Shown: positions 23,734 to 35,077 of the stretch, in pieces
Numbering within the stretch: the first letter of the stretch is position 1
How the letters are laid out: each line of letters starts with the position of its first letter
Source: Malacoraja senta
Lineage: Eukaryota
Direction of reading: 5' to 3'
Assembly (NCBI GenBank): GCA_038087875.1
Contig: CM076001.1
Coordinates: 1,118,001-1,182,000 of the forward strand
Length of the DNA stretch: 64,000 nucleotides
Program-made: the position numbers and the translations under genes
The notes under the pieces: generated by a model
The model's database searches: none
What the model saw: the letters and a program-made list of their open reading frames with translations, nothing else
Told to the model about the DNA's origin: nothing

Positions 23734-26700
23734 GGAGTGTCGATGCACAGCTATTTTCAGGTCCCTCCAGAGATTTTCAATCGGGTTCAAGTCCGGGCTC
23801 TGGCTGGGCCACTCAAGGACATTCACAGACTTGTCATGAAGCCACTCCTGCGCTGTCTTGGCTGTGTGCTTAGGGTCATTGTCCTGTTGGAAGGTGAACC
23901 TCCGCCCCAGTCTGAGGTCCAGAACACTCTGGAGCAGGTTTTCATCAAGGATCTCTCTGTACTTTGCTCCGTTCATCTTTCAAGTCATCTTTCCCGCCCC
24001 CACCCCTCCCGACATCAGTCTGAAGAAGGGTCTCGACCCGAAACGTCGCCTATTTCCTTCGCTCCATAGATGCTGCCTCACCTGCTGAGTTTCTCCAGCA
24101 TTTTTGTCTACCCATTCACACAAGTTCTGTTATCCCACTTTCCTCACCCACTCCCTGCACATTAGGGGCAATTTTACAGAGACAAGTTAACCTACAAAGC
24201 CAATGCGTCTTTGGGATGTGGGACTGACAAGTCTCCCAGTTCTTGCTGCTGAAAAACATCCCCACAGCATGATGCTGCCATCACCATGCTTCACCGTAGG
24301 TATGGTATTGGCCAGGTGTTGAGCGGTGCCTGGTTTCCTCCAGACGTGACACTTGGCATTCAGGCCAAAGAGTTCAATCTTGGGTTCATGAGACCAAAGA
24401 ATCTTGTTTCTCATGGTCTGAGAGTCCTCTAGGTACATAGATACATAGAAAATAGGTGCAGGAGTAGGCCATTCGGCCCTTCGAGCCTGCACCGCCATTC
24501 AATATGATCATGGCTGATCATCCAACTCAGTATCCCGTACCTGCCTTCTCTCCATACCCCCTGATCCCTTTAGCCACAAGGGCCACATCTAACTCCCTCT
24601 TAAATATAGCCAATGAACTGGCCTCAACTACCCTCTGTGGCAGAGAGTTCCAGAGATTCACCACTCTCTGTGTGAAAATGTTTTTTCTCATCTCGGTCTT
24701 AAAGGATTTCCCCCTTATCCTTAAGCTGTGACCCCTTGTCCTGGACTTCCCCAACATCGGGAACAATCTTCCTGCATCTAGCCTGTCCAACCCCATAAGA
24801 ATTTTGTAAGTTTCTATAAGATCCCCTCTCAATCTCCTAAATTCTAGCGAGTATAAGCCGAGTCTATCCAGTCTTTCTTCATATGAAAGTCCTGACATCC
24901 CAGGAATCAGTCTGGTGAACCTTCTCTGCACTCCCTCTATGGCTATAATGTCCTTCCTCAGATTTGGAGACCAAAACTGTACGCAATACTCCAGGTGTGG
25001 TCTCACCAAGACCCTGTACAACTGCAGTAGAACCTCCCTGCTCCTATACTCAAATCCTTTTGCTATGAAAGCTAACATACCATTCGCTTTCTTCACTGCC
25101 TGCTGCACCTGCATGCCTACTTTCAATGACTGGTGTACCATGACACCCAGGTCTCGCTGCATCTCCCCTTTTCCTAATCTGCCACCATTTAGATAATAGT
25201 CTGCTTTCCTGTTTTTGCCACCAAAGTGGGTAACCTCACATTTATCCACATTATACTGCATCTGCCAAACATTTGCCCACTCACCCAGCCTATCCAAGTC
25301 ACCTTGCAGTCTCCTAGCATCCTCCTCACAGCTAACACTGCCCCCCAGCTTAGTGTTATCCGCAAACTTGGAGATGTTGCCTTCAATTCCCTCATCCAGT
25401 TCATTAATATAAATTGTAAATAGCTGGGGTCCCAGCACTGAGCCTTGCGGTACCCCACTAGTCACTGCCTGCCATTGTGAAAAGGACCCGTTTACTCCTA
25501 CTCTTTGCTTCCTGTTTCCCAGCCAATTCTCTATCCACATCAATACTGAACCCCCAATACCGTGTGCTTTAAGTTTGTATATTAATCTCTTATGTGGGAC
25601 CTTGTCGAAAGCCTTCTGAAAGTCCAGATACAACACATCCACTGGTTCTCCCCTATCCACTCTACTAGTTACATCCTTGAAAAATTCTATAAGATTCGTC
25701 AGACATGATTTACCTTTCGTAAATCCATGCTGACTTTGTCCAATGATTTCACCACTTTCCAAATGTGCTGCTATCCCATCTTTAATAACTGACTCTAGCA
25801 GTTTCCCCACTACCGATGTTAGACTAACTGGTCTGTAATTCCCCGTTTTCTCTCTCCCTCCCTTCTTAAAAAGTGGGGTTACGTTTGCTACCCTCCAATC
25901 CTCAGGAACTACTCCAGAATCTAAAGAGTTTTGAAAAATTATCACTAATGCATCCACTATTTCTGGAGCTACTTCCTTAAGTACTCTGGGATGCAGCCTA
26001 TCTGGCCCTGGTGATTTATCGGCCTTTAATCCATTCAATTTACCCAACACCACTTCCCGACTAACCTGGATTTCACTCAGTTCCTCCATCTCCTTTGACC
26101 CGCGGTCCCCTGCTATTTCCGGCAGATTATTTATGTCTTCCTTAGTGAAGACGGAACCAAAGTAGTTATTCAATTGGTCCGCCATATCCTTGTTCCCCAT
26201 GATCAATTCACCTGTTTCTGACTGCAAGGGACCTACATTTGTTTTAACTAATCTCTTTCTCTTCACATATCTATAAAAACTTTTGCAGTCAGTTTTTATG
26301 TTCCCTGCCAGTTTTCTTTCATAATCTATTTTCCCTTTCCTAATTAAGCCCTTTGTCCTCCTCTGCTGGTCTCTGAATTTCTCCCAGTCCTCTGGTATGC
26401 TGCTTTTTCTGGCTAATTTGTATGCATCATCTTTTGCTTTGATACTATCCCTGATTTCCCTTGTTATCCACGGATGTACTACCTTCCCTGATTTATTCTT
26501 TTGCCAAACTGGGATGAACAATTTTTGTAGTTCATCCATGCAGTCTTTAAATGCCTTCCATTGCATATGCCTTTTGGCATACTCCAAGCGGACTGTCATG
26601 TGCCTTTTACTGAGGAGTGGCTTCCATCTGGCCATTACCATAAAAGCCTGATTGATGGAGTCCTACAAATATAGTTGTCCATCTGGAAGGTTCTCCCATC

Positions 26701-26850
26701 TCCACAGAGGAACTCTGGAGCTCTGTCAGAGTGAACATTGAGTTCTTGGTCACTCCCTGACCAAGACTCTTCTCCCTCGATTGCTCAGTTTGGCCAGGCA
26801 GCCAGCTCTATGAAGAGTCCTGATGGTTCTAAAGTTCTTCCATTTAAGAA
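23734..26850 (-). mobile_element. Decayed Tc1/mariner transposase, fragmented (23734-23985, 24223-24435, 26565-26850)
   Basis: FQQDNDPKH...[30 protein letters not shown] and ARWKPLLSKRH motifs. Confidence 0.9.
24436..26564 (-). mobile_element. Young 5'-truncated CR1 LINE with ~680 codons of uninterrupted ORF2
   Basis: Complete RT domain without stops, catalytic motif FADN (second Asp lost), 3' tail (ctatgtat)n. Confidence 0.95.
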
Positions 26851-29800
26851 CGCACACGCACAGTGCCTACCCTGACTAAAATTATAAAATGGCTTATTGT
26901 AATATCAAGTCCTATAAGCCCAACTGATATGCTGGAGAAATCCAGTGACTGCTGTGAAAGTGCATCTGGCAACTAGGGAAAAACCATGTGACGGCGTGGA
27001 AAGACAGCTGACAGGAGGAAAAGACCCCAACGGGGCTGTCATAGACTAGCTATCCATGACGGCAGGCTCCGTCACTGTGAATTATGAATAGGAGTCACCC
27101 CTCATGGCTACGAAAACTTAAAAGAGGAAAATACCCCCTGTGTCTGCGAGAGCGGGGGCAGAAGATGACTCATCGGATGCTAACCCGGTAATCGACCCTG
27201 GCATGAACACGGCGACGAAGAAAATAATCGGCACGGCACGTACAAAATGAACTGCAGGACAAGAACTCCAAGTGTGTAGCTGCGGCTGGTCCAAGGTAAC
27301 ATCCATCAGAGGCCTAAAAATACATCAAGGGCGGATGAAGTGCTTGAAGGAGGTGAGGCCGGGACCTCGCATTGATCAGTATTTCCTGAGAGAAAGATCA
27401 AATCAGTCGAGTGAAGCTCAGCGGCATGATACAACCCACAGTCCAACGAGCATCAATACCCCAGTGGCTGCGGAGAATAATTCAAGTACAACATCTGAGA
27501 ACCTGGAATCCAGCCAGACGCAGCCTGCTTTGGAGAAGAAGATGCAAGGCCACAGACATCATGTGAAGTGGCTAAAGTCAAGCAGCAAGAAAGAGTGGGC
27601 AACAATCGATGCAGACCTGAGTAAGATCCTAGATGGACTTCAAGGAACAGTGGAGAAGAAATTGGAGAAAATGAGTGATCTGATCTACTCCTACGGGGCA
27701 GAAAGGTTCGGAACCAAAAAGAAGGAAACAACAACCCCTCCCAAGCTCAGAAGGCAGCGAGAAATCGAGCGCCTAATCAAAGAGAGAAGGGACCTGAGGA
27801 AACGGTGGAGGAAATCGTCACTGGAGGAAAGAGTGGGCATCAACCTTCTGCAAGCAGATGTAAAGGAATGCCTGGGAAGACTGCGGAGAGCAGAAACCCT
27901 CAGAACTTGACGCAAGAAGAAGGAGAGGGAAAGAACATCCTTCTACAAACATCCCTTCAGATCTGTGAAAGGACTCTACAAAGGAAAAGAGCGGGTCACT
28001 TAAGGTGTCAAAGAGGGAATTGGAGGACCACCTGAAATCAACGTACACAGACAACCAAAGATTTGAGCAGAGGGGGATACCTCCAGACATGCCACCCATT
28101 CCTCAACCAGAACACCATTTGGACGACAGCCTCCTAAGATGGAGCGAAGTCAAGAAAGCCGTAAGGAAGGCAAGGGCAGCTTCAGCTCCAGGACCAAACG
28201 GAGTTCCATACCGGCTGTACAAAAATGCTCCAAATGTTCTACGGTTCTTATGGAGGCAAATGAAGATAGCATGGATAAAGCAAACCATTCCAAAAGCATG
28301 GCGAAGAGCAGGGGGAGCAGTGATCCCCAAGGAAAAAGATGCCTCAAACATCGACCAATTCCGGCAAATCAATCTCTTGAATGTTGAAGGGAAGATCTTC
28401 TTTAACATTGTTGCTCAAAGGATGATAACCTACCTGAAACAGAACAACCTGATTGATACGTCGGCACAGAAAGCTGGTATACCAGGCTTCTCTGGATGCT
28501 TAGAGCACACAAGCCTGATATGGCATCAAATCCAGTCTGCAAAAAGGGAAGGAAGAGATCTGCATGTCTTATTCCTGGACCTAGCCAATGCTTTTGGATC
28601 TGTTCCCCATTCTCTCCTCTGGACAGCCTTTGAGTTCTTCCATGTGCCAAAGACCATTACAAACCTGGTCAGAAACGACTTGCAAGACTTGCAATTCTGT
28701 ATTACAACAACAATACACAAAATCATGGCAATCACTGGAAGTGGGAATAATGGCAGGTTGCACCATCTCCCCGCTAGCCTTCACCATGGCGATGGAAGTG
28801 ATCATCCGAGCTTCCAAGTGGGTCGTAGGAGGAGAGCGACTGCAGTCTGGGCAGCGGCTACCTCCCATTTGCGCCTACATGGATGACATGACCACTCTGA
28901 CCTCAACCATTGCATGTACCAAGCGCCTGCTGGAAAAGCTTCATGCAAACATAACATGGGCCCGGATGAAGTTCAAACCCAGCAAATCCAGGAGCATATC
29001 CATCATCGGAGAAAAAATCGTAGACAAGCGATTCCACGTTGATGAAACACCCATTCCGATGGTGTCAGAGCTGCCAGTCAAGAGTTTTGGATGGTGGTAC
29101 AATGCAAACCTCAAAGACTCAGACCCGTGTGACCAACTGAGGGAAAAAAACATCAAAGACCTTGCTAGCATAGACAAGACCTCGCTTCCTGGTAAGCTGA
29201 AACTGTGGTGTCTGCAGTGTGGATTGCTCCCCCGTCTGATGTGGCCTCTGACGGTCTACGAGGTCCCCATCACCAAAGTCGAGAAGCTGGAGAGGACAGT
29301 CGGTTCATACATCAAGAAGTGGCTTGGCCTCCCGCGTTGCCTCAGCAATATCGGCTTGTATGGACACAGCGCTCTGGAACTGCCTATCTCTAGCCTCACA
29401 GAAGAATACAAATGCACCAAAGTGAGGCTGGACATGACCCTGACCGAGTCTCAAGATGATGCGGTACGAGCGGCTGCTCCCAGACTGGCAACTGGGAGGA
29501 AGTGGACCCCATCGGAGGCTGTAGAGCAAGCAAAATCTGCTCTCAGGCATGGAGACATTGTAGGACAGGTGCAGCAGGGAAGAGGTGGGGTTGGATCGGG
29601 ACACGTCGATCCATATGGCACAAGGCAACATCCACCCAGAGAAGAAAGCTGGTAGTCGCTGAGGTCTGTCAGCAAGAGGAGGCAGAGAGATGTGCAAAGG
29701 CAGTCTCACAGTCCAAACAGGGCCAGCGGACTACCTGGGAAAACATGGAGCATCGTAAGCTTACCTGGAAGGATCTGTGGGAGATGGAAGGAAGCCGTCT

Positions 29801-30544
29801 TAGCTTCATCATCAGAGCCACCTACGATGTTCTTCTCACACCCAAGAACCTAAACCAGTGGTTTGGAGAAGATCCATCATGTTCTCTCTGCCAAACCCCA
29901 GCAACATTAAGGCACATCCTCACTGGCTGCAAAACCAGTCTTTCACAAGGCCGCTACACCTGGAGGCAAAATCATGTCCTGCGACAACTGGCGATTACCT
30001 TGGAAGGAAGGAGAACTACCACCAATGCCCTCCCTCCCTCAACGCTTGGTTTCTCAAAACCACCTCTTTTGTAAAGGCAGGACAACTTCCAGAGAAGCCT
30101 CTTGCAAGAAAGGAAACGACCCTCCTGGACACTGCCTGGGACTGGAAAATGCAGGCTGATCTAGACCAGAAGCTCATCTTTCCACCAGAGATCATCACAA
30201 CTAATCTCAGGCCGGACCTGATCTTGTGGTCAACCTCACAGAAGTCCCTGTACATCGTGGAGTTAACTGTGCCTTGGGAGGCTGCAGTTGGTGAAGCGCA
30301 TGAACGCAAATGTCTGAAGTATTCAGACTTAGCAGCCGAGGCAGAACAACGCAGCTGGCGTACCCAGGTTCTCCCTGTAGAGGGTTTATAGCCATGTCAA
30401 CAACCAGACTCCTGAAGGGAATGGGAGTTCGAGGACAGGCCTTCCGGCAAGCCGTCAGGTCGCTGTCAGAGGCTGCCGAGCGAAGCAGCAAATGGCTGTG
30501 GCTGAAGAGGAAGGTCTCCAACTGGGCTGCAAAATGGCCAGCAA

Positions 30545-31440
30545 TAGACAATAGGTGCAGTAGTAGGCCATTCGGCCCTTCGAGCTAGCACCGCCATTCA
30601 ATGTGATCATGGCTGATCATCCCCAATCAGTACCCCGTTCCTGCCTTCTCCCCATATCCCCTGACTCTGCTATTTTTAAGAGCCCTATCTAGCTCTCTCT
30701 TGAAAGCATCCAGCGAACCTGCCTCCACCGCCCTCTGAGGCAGAGAATTCCACAGACTCACCACTCTCTGTGAGGAAAAAGTGTTTCCTCGTCTACGTTC
30801 TAAATGGCTTACTCCTTATTCCTAAACTGTGGCCCCTGATTCTGGACTCCCACAATATCGGGAAAATGTTTCCTGCCTCTAGCGTGTCCAAATCCTTAAC
30901 AATCTTATATGTTTCAATGAGATGCCCTCTCATCCTTCTAAACTCCAGAGTGTACAAGCCCAGCTGCTCCATTCTCTCAGCATATGACAGTCCCCCCATC
31001 CCGGGAATTAACCTTGTAAACCTACGCTGCGCTCCCTCAATAGCAAGAATGTCCTTCCTCAAATTAGGGGACCAAAACTGCACACAATACTCCTGGTAGT
31101 CTCACTGGGGCTCTGTACAACTGCAGAAGGACCTCTTTGCTCCTATATTCGATTCCTCTTGTTATAAAGGCCAACATTGCATTCGCTTTCTTCACTGCCT
31201 GCTGTACCTGCATGCTTACTTTCATAGACTGATGTACAAGGACCCCCAGATGTTCCCCTTTTCCCAACTTGACGTCATTTAGATAGTAATCTGCCTTCCT
31301 GTTTTTGCTACCAAAGTGGATAACCTCACATTTATCCGCATTAAACTTAATCTGCCATGCATCTGCCCACTCCCCCAATCTGTCCAAGTCACCCTGCATT
31401 CACATAGCATCCTCCTCACAGTTCACACTGCCACCCAGTG
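30545..31440 (-). mobile_element. CR1 3' fragment inserted at the end of the HERO ORF
   Basis: CR1 C-terminal motifs, flanked by a tggc(c)agcaa duplication. Confidence 0.9.
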
Positions 31441-31448
31441 TGGCAGCA

Positions 31449-31584
31449 AGGGGTAAAACGGAGGGGAGCGCACCTGGGACGCCAGGTGTTGCTGTTGAGC
31501 CCTCTGGAGGTGTCGTGGGCCTATCATCGAAACACCAAGGAAGGAGGGTGCCCACCTGATGACCCCAATGAAGTTTTTACCCCT
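31449..31584 (+). ncRNA. Candidate permuted/pseudoknotted hammerhead-core RNA in the HERO 3' UTR
   Basis: GGTGTC|GTGGGC...TCATC-GAAACACC...GCCCAC-CTGATGA-CCCC, closed by AGGGGTAAAA / TTTTACCCCT. Confidence 0.55.
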
Positions 31585-32166
31585 ACCCCTACTCAAGATA
31601 GTAAGAAGGTGCCAATTATAGTTGGGATTGTAATATCAAGTCCAAAAAGCCCAACTACCTTTGCACCATGGACTGCAGGCATGTGTGGCACTGCAGCATA
31701 CTGCGCAAGCACAGCGCAAGTTTCTTGGCGGGTTTTTCAAACATGGATTACCATTATCTTAAGAAGCAAAGAGTGAAGAATGGAGTTCGTGTACAAATAA
31801 TGTGGTAAGTAAATTTCTTTGAGCTACCGTATTTAGAAACCATAGAAACATAGAAAATAGGTGCAGGAGGAGGCCATTCGGCCCTTCGAGCCAGCACCGC
31901 CATTCATTGTGATCATGGCTGATCGTGCCCTACCAATAACCCGTGCCTGCCTTCTCCCCATATCCCTTGACTCCACTAGCCCCATGAGCTCTATTTAACT
32001 CTCTCTTATTTCCCAGCAATGAAGTTGCTATTTTTTACCCCAAAATAAGGCCCGAATATTTACCTGCGTCTTGGAGGCCGAAGGCTAGATTGTTAGCCAA
32101 GAAAGATAGACTTGGGCCCAATCGTTTTTATAACATGGGGGGGGGGGGGGACGATGAGGCCTAAAA

Positions 32167-32530
32167 CAGGGGTCAGCAACCTACGGCCTGGATCCGGCCC
32201 GTAACCCGAACTCAAGCGAACCCAAGCGAGCCGACCTGGGAACTGCAGCCATTCGGGGGGCATGCAGCCAACCTGGGTGTCACAGCCAGACGTTGGGCAA
32301 GCGAGCCACTCTGGGAACTGCAGCCATTCGCGGGGCACGTAGCCGACCTGGGAAGTGCAGCCATACCAGGGGCAAGCAAGCCGACCTGGGTGCAATAGCC
32401 AGACCTGGGGCAAGCGAGCTGACCATGGGAACTGCAGCCATTCGCAGCTGACCTGGGTGTCACAGCCAGACCTGGGGCAAGCGAGCCGACCTGGGCGCAA
32501 CAGCCAGACCCGTGGCACGCGGGCTTTGGA
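32167..32530 (+). repeat. hAT/Charlie-like end followed by a GC-rich ~30-bp minisatellite
   Basis: CAGGGGTCAGCAACCTACGGCC start, then repeated gcaagcgagccgacctggg...cagcca units at 32225-32510. Confidence 0.6.
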
Positions 32531-33377
32531 GGTGTGTGACGGTTGTTGGTCAAGTGAGAATAACAGAGAGAACTGCTGCCTTGTCAACAGACGCGCACAA
32601 AAGCAGTTGGTATTAGTTTTGAAATTCTCGTTATCCCTATTTTTGACCTGGCTCGAAGACCGGACAGTGAGGGGACCAGCTCAAGAGCAAAGATCATAGA
32701 GCGGAGCGGGTCAGAGGGCGATGGATAACAGGACAGAAGCCGGTGGAGTTTACTCCTGTGTCAGCGCGAGTAACCTCAATTGGTCCCTTGAAATAGTATT
32801 GTCATTCAATAAGAGCGCAACTGATTCAACTTGTCCCAGTGTGCTCCCGTTTTTCCCACCATCTCTCCACCTGCCATCACCCTCCATCCCCCCCACCCAT
32901 TCAGTCATTCAGAATGGAGGAGATCTGGAAGCCTTGGACAAATTGAATTGTTACTTTCTTTATTTTATTTTTTATTTTTTATTTTTTTGAGCATGAGAAA
33001 TTCTATGTCCCTCCAGCCTTTTTTCAAAATTTAGCAACTCAAAATGGGGGTGTGTCTTCATTGCCAGGAAATACGGTATATGTTTTTAAATACTTTATTA
33101 AGAGATAAGGCTTTTGAAGACAAATTACATTATAAAAGTCGACTGACTGCCTACCGGAGAGAACAATCTGCGCATGCGCGGTTTTTAAAAGATTTTTTGT
33201 AATGTCGACTGACAACTTACGGAGAGAACAATCTGCATGCGCGGTTTTTAAAAGATTTTTTGTAAAGTCGACTGACAACTTACGGAGAGAACTATCTGCG
33301 CATGCGTGGTTTTCAAGATTAGTTTAAAAGCCGACTGACTGCCTACCCTGAGTGCCTGCTCACGGCACGTGCCTGAG

Positions 33378-33389
<12 letters not shown>

Positions 33390-33448
<59 letters not shown>
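33390..33448. repeat. (CA)n microsatellite
   Basis: Directly visible. Confidence 0.98.
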
Positions 33449-33452
<4 letters not shown>

Positions 33453-34407
33453 TCTAACTTTAAAACTCTCATCTTGTATGTGTGTGTATATATTTGTGTG
33501 TCTTTATATTTTCACCAAAATGCTTCACGGTAACAATAACATTTATATTTTCGCCAAAATGCCACGCGGTAACGATAAAATGTTTACATATTCTGACACA
33601 TTTTCCCCCTCTAAGCAGTCATCAGCTTCACTTAACATTTGATGCATTATTTCACGACTTATTGGTGATTAAAGTTGAAAAAGAAAAGACAAAACTGCCT
33701 TTTAAGCTTCGCCTGATGACGTCACAATGAGGTGGGAGGGCAGGATGGCTCGGGTCGGCGTTCGTTTCACACACAGAATATTCCACGAGCTTCGAGCGAC
33801 GTCAGGGGGAGATTTTACGTGGCCATCAAGGAGGCATTGAGACCGCGGCGGTGAAGGAGACATCGAGGCGATGGGGCCGCGGCGGTGAGGCATTGCGACG
33901 GTGGGGCGTCACGGAGGCGGCAGTGGGGTCCGGGCCTGTCGGGAGTTGAGCTGGGGTTGCCGCTTCTCCGCGCTGGCTGTGGTGCAGGCCAGCACGGAGA
34001 AGAAGCAGCAATCCCAGCTCCAAAAGGCAACCAACACCTCCCCGGGTTATTCACCTGCCACCACCCCCCCCGTGTTATTCACGCCCCTGCCCCCTCCACT
34101 GCCTCAAAAAGGCGGCCAAAACCCCCCCTCCCCCCGGGTTATTCACACAATCCCGTTACCTCAAAATCGCAGCCAACATCAAAGACCCACACCATCCTGG
34201 CCACACACTCATTTCGCCATTACCCTCAGGAAGAAGGTGCAAGAGCCTGAAAACTGTAACATCCAGGTTCAGGAACAGCTTCTTCCCAACAGTCACGCAA
34301 GCAAGAATTTCATTGTTCGATCTGGGACATATTACAATAAAACAAAACACTCTTGACACTCCTCCCGCTCCTTCTCCCCCCCCCCCCCCCCCAACACAGT
34401 GTATATA

Positions 34408-34408
34408 T

Positions 34409-34487
<79 letters not shown>

Positions 34488-34490
34488 TAG
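34408..34490. repeat. (AGAT)n microsatellite
   Basis: Directly visible. Confidence 0.98.
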
Positions 34491-34877
34491 ATACTTTTAA
34501 AACTGTGTGTGTATGTAATTTTGCCTTTGAAACGTATCTCGAAAACCAGACGCAAAAACGCGGAGATTTTTATAATTTCGGTAGGGATTTAACTTATGAT
34601 TTCAGAAATCAACTCCTCTCTAAAATCGGTCAATTATTTCCCCAGATTTTGAATAAAGTTGTTTACAAAACTCACTTTTTCAAAAATAATCGCCGCTTGC
34701 CAGCTGCTGACGTCACAATGCCCACATGCCCACCAATCCAGGCCCAACTGCCTCCTGGCCCCGCCCCCCCGCTGCTGTGGATTAATGCAGCTGCTGTCAA
34801 CGTGCATGCACAGTTTTCCACGAGGTACGTTCGCCCACCAATCCCCCCCCCCCGTTCTTCAAAAGGCGCAGAAAGAT

Positions 34878-35077
34878 NNNNNNNNNNNNNNNNNNNNNNN
34901 NNNNNNNNNNNNNNNNNNNNNNNNNNNNNNNNNNNNNNNNNNNNNNNNNNNNNNNNNNNNNNNNNNNNNNNNNNNNNNNNNNNNNNNNNNNNNNNNNNNN
35001 NNNNNNNNNNNNNNNNNNNNNNNNNNNNNNNNNNNNNNNNNNNNNNNNNNNNNNNNNNNNNNNNNNNNNNNNNNNNN
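34878..35077. other. Assembly gap (200 N)
   Basis: Run of n characters. Confidence 1.

Larger units (their letters stand above)
26926..31626 (+). mobile_element. Near full-length decayed HERO/R2-group non-LTR retrotransposon (RT + restriction-like endonuclease)
   Basis: N-terminal CSC...GLKIHQGRMKC zinc finger; RT motifs APGPNG, LDLANAFGSV, GIMAGCTISP, AYMDD; CCHC CSLC..LRHILTGC; RLE RPDLILWS..IVELTVPWE..ERK..KY. Several frameshifts. 30-bp flanking duplication 26896-26925 / 31627-31656. Confidence 0.92.
26862..33375. mobile_element. Non-autonomous hAT element (same family as 40531-42281) hosting the HERO insertion and other nested repeats
   Basis: Shares tgcctaccctgactaaaattataaaatgg, internal blocks (31700-31830, 32010-32120, 32780-33360) and the right end ACGGCACGTGCCTG with the 40531 copy. 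The left TIR is lost. Confidence 0.8.

Noticed and set aside
32093..32587. Repetitive ORF and regularly spaced repeats, superficially CRISPR-like
   Set aside because: Degenerate minisatellite without unique spacers, no cas genes, vertebrate context.
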